Assembly: GCA_965153285.1 (NCBI GenBank)
Contig: OZ229113.1
Strand: one strand, 5' to 3'
DNA: 64,000 bases
From: Podarcis tiliguerta
Taxonomy: Eukaryota
Position numbers and translations under genes: made by a program. Positions within the stretch are counted from its first letter, which is position 1. Each line of letters starts with the position of its first letter. This document shows positions 12,301-25,989 of the stretch, piece after piece. The notes beneath the pieces are model-generated. The model saw only the letters and a list, made by a program, of their open reading frames with translations. It had not been told where the DNA came from and ran no database searches.

Positions 12301-14459
12301 AAAATTGAGGGGCATTTGAAAGACACTTTGTAAATGTTTTAATGGACCACGGCTTTAGCATATAGCAAGGTATAAAAACAGATTGTGAAAGAAAATTTTG
12401 CAGATTTATTTGCAGGTAATGAAGAGCTCTGAAGAGTTTTGTGTGTGCAGTTAAAACAGAGCAACAAGGATGTAAAAAAATTAAAAGGAAACTTAACTTT
12501 AAAAAAAAAATCTATGTTGCTGTGCTTTAACATAAATAAAATAAGAATTTAGTGCTCATCAATGCTCCACAGGAGACAGTCTCACTTCTTGAAAAGCCTA
12601 TGGACCTAGAAATATACCTGATTGATTTTGGTGTGTATGTGTTAATTGACATCATACTTTGATTTAGGAGATGACCAACATACCACACCAGATCACCCCA
12701 GTTGGCCTTATTCAGCTCCCATACAGAGCTGAATCAAATCCCTAGGTTCTCCTAGCAGAGGAAGCCTGGAGACTGGTTGTACTTAAAGTTAATTCTTTCT
12801 GCCTGAATGCAACACAGGAGTTCTCCTCTTCCTCCCCCTGTAAATAAGCCACAAAGTGACAGAATGCAAACCTCACTTTTAGAATGCTGTATTCAGTAAG
12901 CTTTGGGCTGCTTTGGTCTGGTTGCCTTGGAGGCAAGACAAAATAAAATAAAATATTCACATATGATTCGTCCATATTGTAAATGACATGACAGGGTGTC
13001 CATTAGGAAATCAAAGGCATAAATATACACATCTTACACCCTGGAGAGATGTCAGTGTCCCAGCTTCCCATCATAGCATTATTTTGAAGTCTCAATTTAA
13101 AAGCGGGCACTATCATGGACCCATTCCAGCCATTTTTTTATAACAAAAGATTTTTGAAAAACTTTATTCTTTTCCAGACCCTGTTAAATCTTGGCTATTA
13201 TCATATGCTGCAAGTGTCCCAGAAAAACTGGGATATCCCATTTTTTTTTTATAGTGAGAGAATGGTGGCCACTGGTTTTGCAGGCAGCAAAACCAACGCA
13301 GCAGCAATGGGAAGATTCTCATTTCTTCCTCCCCCACCTCCACATTTTCAAAAAGTTTCTCAAGCAGGTTCCTGCTGACTGTTCCATGTAGCCGGCAGGC
13401 AACAAAATGGGTGACAGACAATTCTTGCATTTCTTCCATTACTTCCACAAGGGTATCATTGGGCCACTTACTATGGTATATCTCAGCCTAAGCCTACCTC
13501 ACAGGATTGTTTTGAGAATAGAAATGGATCCAGGGAAAGCCATGTACTCCTAGGACTGGATAGAAATGTTATAAGCAAACAGACAACTTCTGTGGCTATA
13601 TATTTTGCTCTTGGACCTGTCTTGCTGCCCCCGGTCATTCCCCAAGCTCTGGAACCTTTTGAGCTATCTGCAAGTACTGTAAGAGACTCTCTTAAAAAAA
13701 GAAGGGAGCTTAAAGTATCAAGGTGCCTTTTAAATTCAAGATCTCTTAAGATATGTTGTGCCTCTGTGCATGTTCTTACAGTCTATATTTACTTCCATTT
13801 GTTAAGGATCTAACCCCATGGTGTCTATTAAAGGGCTTCCTAAAAGCCCAGAATCACATAAGGATTGCTTAGTCCTACCTCAAAGCAAATAACATAAAAA
13901 GGAGTGTGCTTTTTGTCTGAATTTCCCCTAATGAATAGGACCCATAAAAAGGAATTATGTTCAATGTAAATTATTCATACTTCAGCAACTAAACGATGCA
14001 ACCTCAAGTTATGGCTCCCATCCACCAGCAGCCATAAACAGCCATTTCGGTAAGATTGCAATGCATGTTTCTCACTGTCAATTAGAATATATATCATGCA
14101 CAAAGCAATAGAATGTGACAAGAAGAGGCGATAAGGCACAGTAGCCACGAGGGAAATGCATAGTCAGGACAAGGCAGGATTGTGTTGCTTTGTTTTTTTA
14201 CAGGACTCTTATCTACAAGCTGCTTGTTTTGAAACAGTGACCTCTGAGGGACAATGAAAAAAGGCAAAAGGAGAGCCACTCTGTCACTGCTTGTTAAACA
14301 TATTTCTGAAGTGACTCAGAGTTTTATAACTGAACATAGTAAAACAATAACAACAACAATGAACTGAAGATTTGTCCCATGTGGGGTTCTGAGGAAGGAC
14401 TTCCTGTGTCATGGTCTTGTGCCATAAAGCTAGATTGCTCATTATTTTGAACACGGTCA

Positions 14460-14611
14460 GATAGGAATATTGGAAGCTGCTTTATACAGAGCCAGACCAT
14501 TGGTCCATCACATGTTGTCCATGCTGACTGGCTCTCCAAGACTTCAGGAATTGAAGCAAGGACTTTCTGCATAAAAGAATCTACTCTATCACTGAGCTAT
14601 GGCCCTTCCCC
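14460..14611 (-). mobile_element. Old tRNA-derived SINE fragment (related remnant near 5215-5375)
   Basis: Minus-strand tRNA-like head GGGCCATAGCTCAGTG...TTCAATTCC and TTCCTAT-type tail. Confidence 0.55.
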
Positions 14612-15139
14612 AAGGATTTCTTCCTTTACCATACTCTGATGCTGATGGAAGGAAATACTGAAGTGATTTCAGGAGAGGGAACTTTGAATTCACTGAAGTC
14701 TACCTCACCAAAGATCCATTGCACATTCTGTTAAAAATAATCAACCTCTTGCCACACTATTTTCTTCCACTGTGCTGAGTGGAGAGGGGGAGCAGGCTGT
14801 ATATTCAAGACCCTTCCAATTCCTGTATCCAGCAAGGACTCGTTTGCTAGAATGGTCAGACAAGTTTCATGATAACAGCCCTCTAAGTATGGACCTTTAA
14901 GGTAACAAAGGAAGTGGCTCTGTACCAGAGAACAAATGGGTAGTCCCCCCTTCCTCAACTGTCTAGTAGTTAGAAAGATCAAGGTCACCAATTGTGACTT
15001 ACACCAATGTTAACTGTGCTACAGTTAACAACAACTCATAATAACAGGCTATTATTTAGAAGAATGCATTGATAAAAAATGAGGCATAAATATTAAGAGT
15101 GCATAAAACATGAACATATATTATGATGATCTGAACATA

Positions 15140-15702
15140 TAAACGGCTTCAGCCCTGTATACCCAAAAGAGCATCTCCACCTGCATTGTTCAACCCAGAC
15201 TCTGAGGGCCTTCTGTGGTGTAGTGGTTAAGAGCCGTAGTCTCATAATCTGGGGAACCGGGTTTGTGTCCCCGCTCCTTCACATGCAGCTGCTGGGTGAC
15301 CTTGGGCCAGTCACACTTCTCTGAAGTCTCTCAGCCCCACTCACCTCACAGAGTGTTTGTTGTGGGGGAGGAAGGGAGAGGAGATTGTTAGCCGCTTTGA
15401 GACTCCTTAAAGGGAGTGAAAGGCGGGATATCAAATCCAAGCACTTCTTCTGGCAGTTCCCTCACTGCAAGAAGTTGTTGCAGGACCTTCTTGGTAGTTA
15501 TGCCCACTGTCAGGAGCACCCTCCCGTTAGATGTTTATTTCCTTGACAACTGTGACTTTTAGAAGACATCTGAAGATAGCCTTGTATAGGAAAGTTTTTC
15601 CATGTTTGATATTTTACTATGTTTGATGTTTTAATTTGATGGAAGCTGCTCAGAGGGGCTGGGGCAACCCAGTAGGATGGGCGGAATAGTGATGATGATG
15701 AC
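15140..15702 (+). mobile_element. L2 LINE 3' fragment interrupted by a SINE
   Basis: gagcatctccac...gagggccttctg|gcagttccctcactg...tttagaagacatctgaag...ggaagctgc, colinear with other L2 3' ends in the window. Confidence 0.8.
15214..15450 (+). mobile_element. tRNA-derived CORE-type squamate SINE (Squam3/POM-like)
   Basis: A-box TGGTGTAGTGG, CORE-like gctgggtgaccttgggccagtcac, tail ...ggcgggatatcaaatcc..(CTT)n. Confidence 0.8.
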
Positions 15703-17132
15703 TGTACATCTCTGTTCTTCATTCACCTAAGGTCCTTAGGGCCATTAAATATTTAAAGTTATTTAAAATAAATTATGTTATGTTTGCAATTTTACCTTCT
15801 GCTTCACAAAAAAACTGCCATCACTGAGCATACTTAGAAGCAGGTTTTGTTTTTCAAAATGTTTGGAACTTTTAATGTTTCATTTATTTGTTTTTCTTTT
15901 TTACAGGTGTATAGTTACCTTAAATATCACTTTATGATGAATGGATCATTAAATAATGATGGTTCAAGAAATTAACTTCCCTGGATTTTGCCTAACCCCT
16001 TTATCCAATCGTTACCAGATTGGTAAAGCCCCTCAAATGGGCCATTAGAGATTCAACAAATATATTTTACTGGCTCCTAATGTGCTTTGGGTATAACAGG
16101 CACATTAGTAGCTAAAGACAGGCGTGTGTAGCAAGTAGCTCACTCATTTTGAATGGAACTCTTGAGGAAGACCTTGAGAAGCATCGGGGGGGGGGGATGA
16201 CCTTCATCACAGCTATTCAAAATAATCTGATCTGAATCCAGCTGAACATATTCATCTGCCCACATAATATTAAAATACATTTGGAAGTCCTCCTACTTCC
16301 TCTTAATCTCCCAACGCTCCAGGACAAGATTTGCACCTTCAGTGTTGCTTCAGAATACCAGATCAGTCTCTGACAGCTGCTGTATCAGGTCTTGGAAAGA
16401 GGGACTAGAATTCTCCACTGACAGATGACTGATGAAGAGAACTGCATGTTCTTTCCCTGTGGCTAGTTTGGTGGTGGTTCGTGGGAGAAAGGTGCAGGAG
16501 TAGAAGTAGAAAACAAGTCATTAGTCAAAAAGACCTAGTACAGGCAGTAAAGGCAATAGCATCATTGGCAGATCAAGTATGAAGACCCAAGGTCATTAGT
16601 GGCATCAGTAAATTCAACGCCAAATGGAAATAGAGGCATTGTCCACAGCCAGATTAAAAGGCTATTTATGAATTGCAAGACACAATGCCATGTTGTATTA
16701 TTCTAGTTTAACAAGCAACACACCATAGGATAGGAAAGCAGATGTGCCTGATCTTTGGAATAATCTATCAGGTGGCAGATGAATCTGAACTGTTGAATAA
16801 TTATTTCTAAATCGCAATAGCAAAACTTGAAGGACTTGGCAATGGAGTCAGAAGATATAGTCATTATCAGCATTACAAGCTCCCTGACTGCCCCCTAAGC
16901 CTGCCCCCGAGGCCAGCTGAAGTGAAATCACACTGGGGTAAAAGACCCTCTTCTACCATTCCCTAGAAAAACAGATGGCAAAGTCATAGCTTTCATCTAC
17001 TCTGAGTAAAACATAGTTGCATACCAACTAATACCAATATGTTCAGAACTGTAACCCTGACTCAGTAATTTTTTCTTAAATCTTTTATTTAAATCCCAAA
17101 ATATTCCACCTTTCTTATTCTGACCATCCCTT

Positions 17133-17134
<2 letters not shown>

Positions 17135-17176
<42 letters not shown>
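17135..17176. repeat. (CT)n microsatellite
   Basis: Direct inspection. Confidence 0.95.
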
Positions 17177-17179
<3 letters not shown>

Positions 17180-20100
17180 GACACCTGTCGACACTTTCTA
17201 GAAAATTCTCTAAGAAATCCAGTTGCTAATTTATACTAATCGTCAGGGGAAATAGTTCAACCATGACTGACTATGACTCATGTATTTTTGTCTAGTTCTG
17301 TTCAGCCAGATAAAAGGATACAGTTGAAATAAGTGACTGACACACTGATTAAAAAGTGCCTTTAGAATTGCAATCTGAAACACACCATTGGCATATGTAG
17401 GAAGGGGGGGAAATTCCAAGAAAGTGGGCGGAGGGATTTTGTAGTTAATTCAGGGAGACTTTACTTTCCCAAGGGCAGCCCTCTTGGCACAGAGGTGTCA
17501 GTAGGCTTAATCAGCTGTAAAATGGCATGTGGCGCCATTGAAGCTGTGCCGCAGTTCTGCAGGGACTTTATGCACAGAAAATGAGGCGTGCTGCGTTCCG
17601 CAGGCTGACCAGTAGTTGAAGCTGGCATACTGGCAGAGGCACAGTCATTCTAACAGATGGCCAGAAATGTTCCCAGACCAGACTCTATAGTCAGAGCATC
17701 CTATGTACAATCCCAGGATGGCAGTCTCTTGCGAGAATATCCATGTTAATGCCTAATGTGACATGACATCATTACTCGAGCCCGTCACTGGATTATAAAC
17801 AAAACAGTTTGGATTAGATTTCACATAGCAGGAGCAACGTGAGATAACGGAAGTAGCCTGCTTTCTGGAAGGCTCCAATAGAATTGACTTCATGAAAGGG
17901 TGGTCCACTTTCTGTTTACAGGTTAATTATTGCAGACTAGTGTTTTGCCTGATGAACATTTGGCAGAGACCTTGCTGACTATTTCTACTGCTGCATAAAT
18001 TCACCCTGACAGGATATGTTTTTTTCCTTCCTACCAGTCAGCTTCATGACAAAAATTTAAAACTCAGGTTGCGTGATTTTTAAACATAACTACACAGGCT
18101 AACATACTTAACAATGCTCTGAATCCCTTATTTAAAATAAGAAAGAAAGAGGTGCTTTTGACTTTTAATAGTAAATGCTTGACCACTGCAGTAACTATAT
18201 CAGTATTGGAACTATAGTAACTACATCTTTACTACCTTGGTATCCCAGCTAATTTTGTTTCCTTGCCAGATATGTACTGTGAGTTCAGTCTAATGCAAAA
18301 ACATTTATGGTACTCAAAACTATTATTCTTTTAAAATAGAATAACAGAACCATAGGATTGTAAGGTGCCACCAAAAGTCTAGTCCAACCCTCTGAAAAAA
18401 AATTCTCTAACCACTTGCCAAAAACTGTAGTAATTATAGTTTCTGAGCAAAACAGATTAAAAGAAATCCTTTTGTACTGATGTGTTTGATAGAATTCTTA
18501 ATAGATGACATTTACCACAGTGTCAGAAAAGTAATTCCAAAGGAGGAGGGAAGAGCTGTTTGTGCTTTAGTGTCAACTGAAAACTCTTAAGCAGAGCGGC
18601 AAATCTCATTTCCATATTTTCTGTTTCCTTTCTTAATCTAGGGAAGCAAATCACTTATATTGCCAGAGAAAAACAATCCTATATATATCCGGTTGACAAT
18701 GATTTCAATAACATTGTGGCACAAGATAGGACTAGAACTAATTCTAGCCTCATCTTCAGAAAGTGGCCCATCATATGCAGCCCATTTACATTGTATAACT
18801 TGCGTATCACTCAGATGGACTGATGTAAAATTCGGATAAAGAATGCAGGAAGTACTATTAAATGTCATTTTAAAAAATGTAATCTAAATGCATATTCAAA
18901 GCCTGTTTTGATTTATGCAACATGAATCCACAGTTGCATCTTATGGCTGTGCAAGCAGACAGAAGCTTGCAAAACCACTCCCTTCTCCTCCCCACAGCAT
19001 CCACGGAAAAGGCTCTTTGGAGACCCTGTGGGTCATTCAGAAGAACAGGTGCTATGATCCAGTAGGCTGTAACAGAATGGTGGAATCTCCTAAAAGCAGA
19101 CATAGGCATAAGATGCTTCGATGGCATTTTGAGCAATTCTCCCTTCTTTCAGCAGCCTTTCACATAGCAGCGCCTGGACCCCCTGTTTACCCAGAGTGGG
19201 GGTTTTTTATGTTCTTAAAGACCGTAGCCATTCTAGATTACTTAATTCATATAAAAGTGCAAACTTGAATATGTGTCACCAAAGTAGCTACTCTGGAGTG
19301 GGGAAGGAGTGAAAGTCATTTTGTCCTCTGGTCCAGGGTAGAAAGTTCTGACAATTCCTACACATCTTATTTATAGAAAGCAAGGGGAAAGCAACTTCCC
19401 TTCGACACCTCCTACGGGAATCTGGAAGAGGAAGCAGCCTTTTTTCCTGAGACATTTTTTTTTGCCCCTGAGATTTTTGGAGCCTCTTTTATTCTTCATT
19501 TTGCAGCTTCTGGTGGCTCTTGGGATTCTAAAGATGCTTCGTCAGCAGTTTTATGGTTGTGAATCCTAATGACTTCTCTTTATTGCTCGTTCTCTATCTG
19601 GCAAAGTAATGCTGCTGTAATGAGGATGATTACAACCAGGTTTACCAGAGTGGGATTGTAAGAGAGAAGGAGGGAAAGATAAAATAAGCAGAGACATAAG
19701 AGTCGGCAATAAGGTTGCAAATGGATATGCGAGCTGCATAATTGAATGGGAAACTTGCCCAAAATGTATAATACTGACTGGGGTAGTGGAGACCAGACTT
19801 ATGACCAGACATATTTTTAAGGGTCAAACATAATATGCCTTGTTATTTGAAAAATAACAGCTGGTGGGCAGTGGTGGTAGAATCAGAATTATTGTTATTA
19901 TTTATTCTTATTAGCAACTCTGAGAACTTGGTTGAGGGAGCTCATATGCTTTATTTTTTATTAAAATTAAAATTCACCAAACATACAACAATAAAATAAA
20001 TCGAGCAGTATTAACAGTCAATACAAAATGTAACTTAAAAAGTTATGGCAAATGGCTGTCAATTAGTAGCCAATAAGGGCCTCAGTAAATACTTAAAACT

Positions 20101-20240
20101 GTTGTGTTGGAGGTGTATTTTCCCCATGTGCAAACATAAATAAATAACAGACAAATATCTTCTGTGGTCTCAAATCGACATCTCATCTTGCTTTTTCTAT
20201 CCTGCCTATTTTTTTACCACTGGATATGTTTATTAAGATA

Positions 20241-20492
20241 CAGTTGTACCTTGGAAGTCTAACGGAATCTGTTCCCGAAGTCCGTTTGACTTCCAAAACA
20301 TTTGAAAACCAAATTGTGGCTTCTGATTGGCTGATTGGAGCTTCCTGCAGCCAATCAGAAGCCATGGAAGCCCTGTCAGACGTTTGGGTTCCAAAAGAAC
20401 ATTCACAAACCAGAGCAATCACTTCCGGGGTTGTGGTGTTCGGGAGCCAAAACATCCGAGTTCCAGGGCATTCGGGTTCCAAGGTACAACTT
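20241..20492. mobile_element. Tigger-like MITE
   Basis: TA|CAGTTGTACCTTGG ... CCAAGGTACAACT(T)|TA; internal palindrome tgattggctg/cagccaatca. Confidence 0.8.
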
Positions 20493-21104
20493 TAGTTTTA
20501 TAACAGCCAGTTCACATATGCACATGTAATTTAAACATGCAAGCCACCACTTTGTGTGTGCATATGTAAACTGGCTGTTAGATTTAGCATCCTTTATTAG
20601 GACTAAATTGTATTGCAGCCTGGTGCTACTGGTTAAGCATTTAAAGGATTTGTATTTAGAAGTACCTCCACTGTGATTTAGGGTGTAATATATGGGGTCA
20701 TCCTATACTTCAGCCTTTGTCTGTCAAAATGCAGTACAAATGAGAAAATCCACTGTATAGGTGGGAGTCTCAACTGAGCTACCTCTACTGTAATGCCAAA
20801 AATTGCTGCACTCTCCAGTAAATAGCAACCAGTATCTTACATAAATTACCCAATGTTAAATAAAGTAACAGTTATACTATGAAGGATGATAATCAGTGAC
20901 ACTCTTAAATTAAGTGATTGTCTGAAATTTGCTGTCATAGATAGGTGAGTAGTTTATAATGCCAATCATTCAATAAATTTACTTTATGCTATTGCATGGT
21001 CTGTCTAGGAAAACAAGTTGGCTTTGGGCTCTTCATGTGGCATAGAGAGTGATCATTCTTTGCAGCTTGGGGGAGACAGGCTTTCAGATACATGCTTACA
21101 AATG

Positions 21105-21333
21105 CAGTGGACATTCGGGTTGCGAACGTGATCCATGCGGGATGCACGTTCGCAACCCGCAGCGGCGGGTCTGCAATTTGGTGCTTCTGTGCATGCACAA
21201 AGCGCAATTTAGCACTTCTGCACATGCACGACCGCCAAAACCTGGAAGTAACCTGTTCCAGTACTTCTGGTTTTCAGCGGTCCGTAACCCAAAAAAGCGC
21301 AATCTGAAGTGTCTGTAACCCGAGGTATAACTG
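21105..21333. mobile_element. Tigger-like MITE (same family as 56638-56867)
   Basis: CAGTGGACATTCGGGTT ... AACCCGAGGTATAACTG|TA; interior shared with the copy at 56638. Confidence 0.8.
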
Positions 21334-22748
21334 TACAAATGCCACAGGTGCACAGCCCATAAGGAACCTCTCTCTTTCAAACTATTTGGGAATTCTACAA
21401 AGTTGAAAACCCCTCTATTGTCAGATTTCAGGAATGTAATAGAAAGAAGAGCATGACAATACAAATTCAAAAGACAGCAAGTCCGTTGTTCCCAGCTAGA
21501 ACAGTTGAGCTCGGCTGATCACAAAAGACAGGGTATCAATTTTAGTACCGAGTCGCTAAAAGAGCAATTTGCCAAGGCAGCTCCTCCTCTGTGTTGTTAT
21601 TAGGAGAAGCAGGCAGGCTGCAAGTTACTCTCAGTGAAGCTCAGTATGAAGACTGACAGGGCTGTGTGTACCCCATTAATCTATGTACCAGCTGCAGTTT
21701 GTGTGTATTTATAGGGAACAGAAACCTGTTACTGTTGCACCATAACTGGAATTGGGTAGAAAGACTGGGTTCATCCTAGGCATGCAGAAATACTATGCTT
21801 AAGTAAAAGTATTCTGCTCATGTGTGAAGGTTTTACCATAGAAAATTGAGCAACATAGATTTTACATTTACATGGTATGCACATGGCTAAGTCTGGCATG
21901 GAATTTGCTATATTGGTATATTGAAAATAACAGGAAATATAAATAGATATATAGACGGTGCTTTTGGTATATTGAAAATCACATACACACACAGTACTTT
22001 CTTGGGGGGGGGGGAAATGACGTGCTGCTACTCATATCTTAATAAATTGTTAAATGCCTCTCCCACCACTCCCCTCTTCCCACACCTCCCACCCTTATCT
22101 ACTGAACAAGCACTTCACTGTTGCTCATCCTGTATTCTAGAATAGTATACTATCACCCATTAGTTCTACCCCAAAGATTTTCTTTCAGACCTGAAAATAT
22201 AGATTTAAGAACCTGGAAGCTGAACTTTGGAATTCTAGTTGTCATGCAAAAAGAAGGCAATCAAACTGAAAGCTAAAGGCGAGGACCCTTATTTATATCA
22301 AAAAAATAAATAAATTGCTGTAACATTTCAAGGTACAACTGACAGACCTTGCAGTTTATATATCCATCCAATTTTTCCTCGGGTGCAAAGTTGCCAATCC
22401 ATAAAACAAATGGTGCAAACAGTAAGCTTCTAATGGTATGGAAAACTGTCAGTGCAACTGTCTCTTATCTCTCCTGAGCTCCCTTTTGACGCTACCACAG
22501 AAGCAGTACAATATAATGAAAGCTTCATCTATTATGAACGATTGCAGAACTCTTAATACTTCCCCTCTTACATAAAGAAAATGAATCACTGTGACCTTCC
22601 TCAGGGAGTGCAGTAGTGGAATGCTGCAGAAAACAATGTGGTGAGGCACCAGGGATATCCTCCTAAGAAAGCGTGAATGAAAATAACCCCTATATAGGGA
22701 ATTGGGGTAAGCTTTCAGATTTCCTCCTCTAATTGTTACCGTCCTAAG

Positions 22749-22871
22749 TAGGGATGGGTAAGCCGTGGTCCTCCAGATGTTGTTGGACTAGAATTCCCCT
22801 TAATCCCTGACCCATGTCCATGCTGACGGCAGTCCAACAACATGCAGAGGGCCACATGTTTCTCATCCCTG
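22749..22871. mobile_element. hAT-type palindromic MITE
   Basis: agggatg...ccagatgttgttggacta / agtccaacaacat...catccctg arms. Confidence 0.7.
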
Positions 22872-23542
22872 AAGTAAACCAGTAATTATTAAAAGCAAAG
22901 GGGATTTTTAGAGTTAAGAAGCTGGAAGAGGGCACTAAACCCTTTCTGCCCCCTGCCGCTGCCAGAGCTGATGACCTTTCCTCTGCCTCTTCATTTGAGA
23001 CTGTGTAAGGACTCATAATATGCAGCAATCAAGTTCTTAGGCAAGGTGCTGCTGCTTGCCCACCCCATGCCATAGTTTCCAGGAAGGACTGCAAGAACAT
23101 GAGCACGCCAATTGAGAATGCCATAAATAAATGTATCTATTAAAGAGGCTTATAATTAATGGCCCAAATACAATTCAAGTGGTGGTGGTGAAGGCTTCAC
23201 ACATTACTAGCATTTCATATGCCGAATTCAACTTCCTTGCATAAACAGGAAATAGAACAGGGATTGCTGCAGGGATACAGGAGCCCATGGCAAAAGGCGT
23301 TCCTAGTCTCTTCCTAACTTCCAGTTTCCAATTGCTATGTCTCGCTTGCAGCTCTCTGCAGACCAGCTCAGTTTGGAAGCCAGTTATGTTCTTGGTGTCT
23401 CTTGCCTCTTTCTAAAACCATGTTGCCTTCTGATCATGCTTCCCCTTCCTTTGAGCCTGGCTTGTCCACGCTGGTTCTCTCCAGTCTACTTTTATAATCT
23501 TGGTGGAGCATGTAGGTATACAACAGCTGGAAGATATTATAT

Positions 23543-23644
23543 CAGGGGTGGGGAACCTGTAGCCTTCCAGTTGTTGGACTCCCATCAGCCCTAGGAAGCA
23601 TAACCAATGGCCAGGCATGATGGGCCACATTTCCCCCACCCCTG
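23543..23644. mobile_element. hAT-type MITE, internally deleted
   Basis: CAGGGGTGGGG ... CCCCACCCCTG terminal inverted repeats. Confidence 0.7.
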
Positions 23645-25989
23645 AACAGAGCCAATATTCACCTGAATGTTTTAGGTAATCTGTACTCTTGCCTGCTACC
23701 TGCTACTTCTTAGCAATCCTCATCTTCTCTATAATCACAACTCAATCTGATTTTGCCCAAACCTAAAACTGCATACAACACCTATTTTCTCCCTTGCCAT
23801 AGTTCTTTAGAGACTTTCCTCTGTTTCAGTAGCCTTCTGCCTATTCTGTTGTTTCCTTATCCTCCATTCTGTTATCCTTCTTCACTCTAATTCTCATCTG
23901 ATTTAAGTGTATTTCCCCCCACACTAAATTTCTGTGTTCTGCTGCCTTAAGGGCAAAGGAACCCATAATGGAATTTCTGCTTTTGAAAGACCATGTGTTC
24001 TGCTGCTTTATGAGAAATGTGATCTGGATTCTGAACTTCTACTAGGGAAAGTACAATCTTCCCTGATTGGTTCAATCACTTTTTCTTTGCTAAGGGAATG
24101 GTCTCATTTTCTTCTAGGGGAGAAAAGCTCGCCTCAGTCAGCAGTCAAGAAAAGATATAGTGAATACAAGAAATGGAGAAACTTTTCTTACCTGGTATCT
24201 TTTGAATAGCTCTCTTTCATTTTCTAACAAAACTCACAGCCAGTCTGATATGATATGGTTCTACAGATTATTTTTCAACACACTTGGGCTCATTTATTTG
24301 TAATGTGCCTCATAGCTTCTAGCTACTGTTGTTTGGAACATCTCACATAAGTTTTACTACATGAAACTCAACCCAAAGCATGCACCATACTAAAACAAAA
24401 TAAAAAAAAACCCTAGCAAATACAAATGTCTATGATGAATGCAGCTGGAAAAGGAATGAACTGACAAGAGGAATAAAAATGAAAGTTTTAAACGCCCAGG
24501 AGGCAACGAAAAATAGTTTTAAACCTGAAAAGGTTTGTAAGAGTCACTTTCAAATTTATTGTTACTATAAGGTCACATATGGACAATCTCATAGTAAGAA
24601 TTGCATTTAATGACATACGACTTGCATTAAACTATATTTCATTCTACTAATGTTCTGGAAAAGCCGGAATCCAGCATGGGATATGTTTTCCTTTTCTGTG
24701 GAGAAGGAACAAACAAAAGCCTCCATGAAAAAAGGAAAACCTCTCTGTACAGAAGCCTTATTCCAAACCAGAATATTTTTTTCCAGTACACTGTTCCTCT
24801 CTACATAGTTATGTTCTTAAATCACCAGAAAGATTTAAAAAGGACTGCCAAATGCATATTACCTTGCAGATTCAAAAATGCAGAAGAGACCTCAAGAAAT
24901 AAACAACACCAATGCAAAATAGAATGCTTTATAAATAAAAGTCCCTATAGACACTTATCTTAGTTCCTTACTTTTCCACGGAAGCAGTTAGGATACTGGA
25001 ATCATTAAAGGTTCAACATTCAATTGCAAAAACCAAAGGGCAAAACCCTTACTTAAAATTCCGGTAGGAAAGACTGGAGATCATGGTCTCTATATATACA
25101 AACACAAGACATGATGGAATTGTGGCTCAGGAGTATAAACCTGGTGCCTATGAAAGGCATCAGTGTCGAATTGGAAAGTCATGGGTAGCGCTGAACAAGC
25201 ACCCTGTAAGTAGTTGTTGCTTCACATCTTGGTAGCCTAGTTTGTTAAGCTATTGGCCACTGGAGTCAACAACAAATGGCCCAACCGAGGCTGACACGAT
25301 GAGAATTTCTTCAGGGAGAGCTCGAGGACCAAATTAATGCGATTCAAGCTGTCAAGTGATTCAATGCTTCTAAAGCTTTTCAGTGTTCTGCCAAGGAAGA
25401 TGTCAATCCAAAAACACCTTTTAAAGAAAGTAACAAAAAAATCCAGCCTGATTTCTATTGAACAGACCATGAAACAAATCCACATGTTGCTGCTTCATAT
25501 GTGAAGGTAATACAAGTCTTGACCTTTAAATTCAACCAAACTGTGTCTTTAAACATGTACTTTTAAAATCTCTTGAAATTAAAGCAACTATTAGCAATCT
25601 CCTTTCACATTGTCCTCCCCCTGCTTTGCCTAGAGAGAAACTAGCCCTAGCACTGACATACTTGATGTAGCACCAGGACACAATTAGACATTTTGAATGT
25701 GCCATTGCATCTAATATTTGCAGGTGTTTAAATTCTAATAACACATGCCATGCTTGCCATGTAAAAGTCGATGCTGCAAGTCTATATCCCAAGTGCCGCT
25801 TGTTTACTGTAACAGAAGCTATGCTACATTTTTAAAAGTATTGTATCTTTCTGCAATTTAGAAATTGAAACAGTAGTTTTGGTTTTATCATTTTATGTTA
25901 GAATAGTTCAGTTATGAATGTGTTTCTTTCTAGACATTGGAATTTTAAATTTCTCCCCCCCCCCAAAAAAAATAGAAAATTAAAATTCC

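Noticed and set aside
16415-17975. CTGATGA motifs as possible hammerhead ribozyme cores
   Set aside because: No stem II plus GAAA arrangement or closing helices could be found
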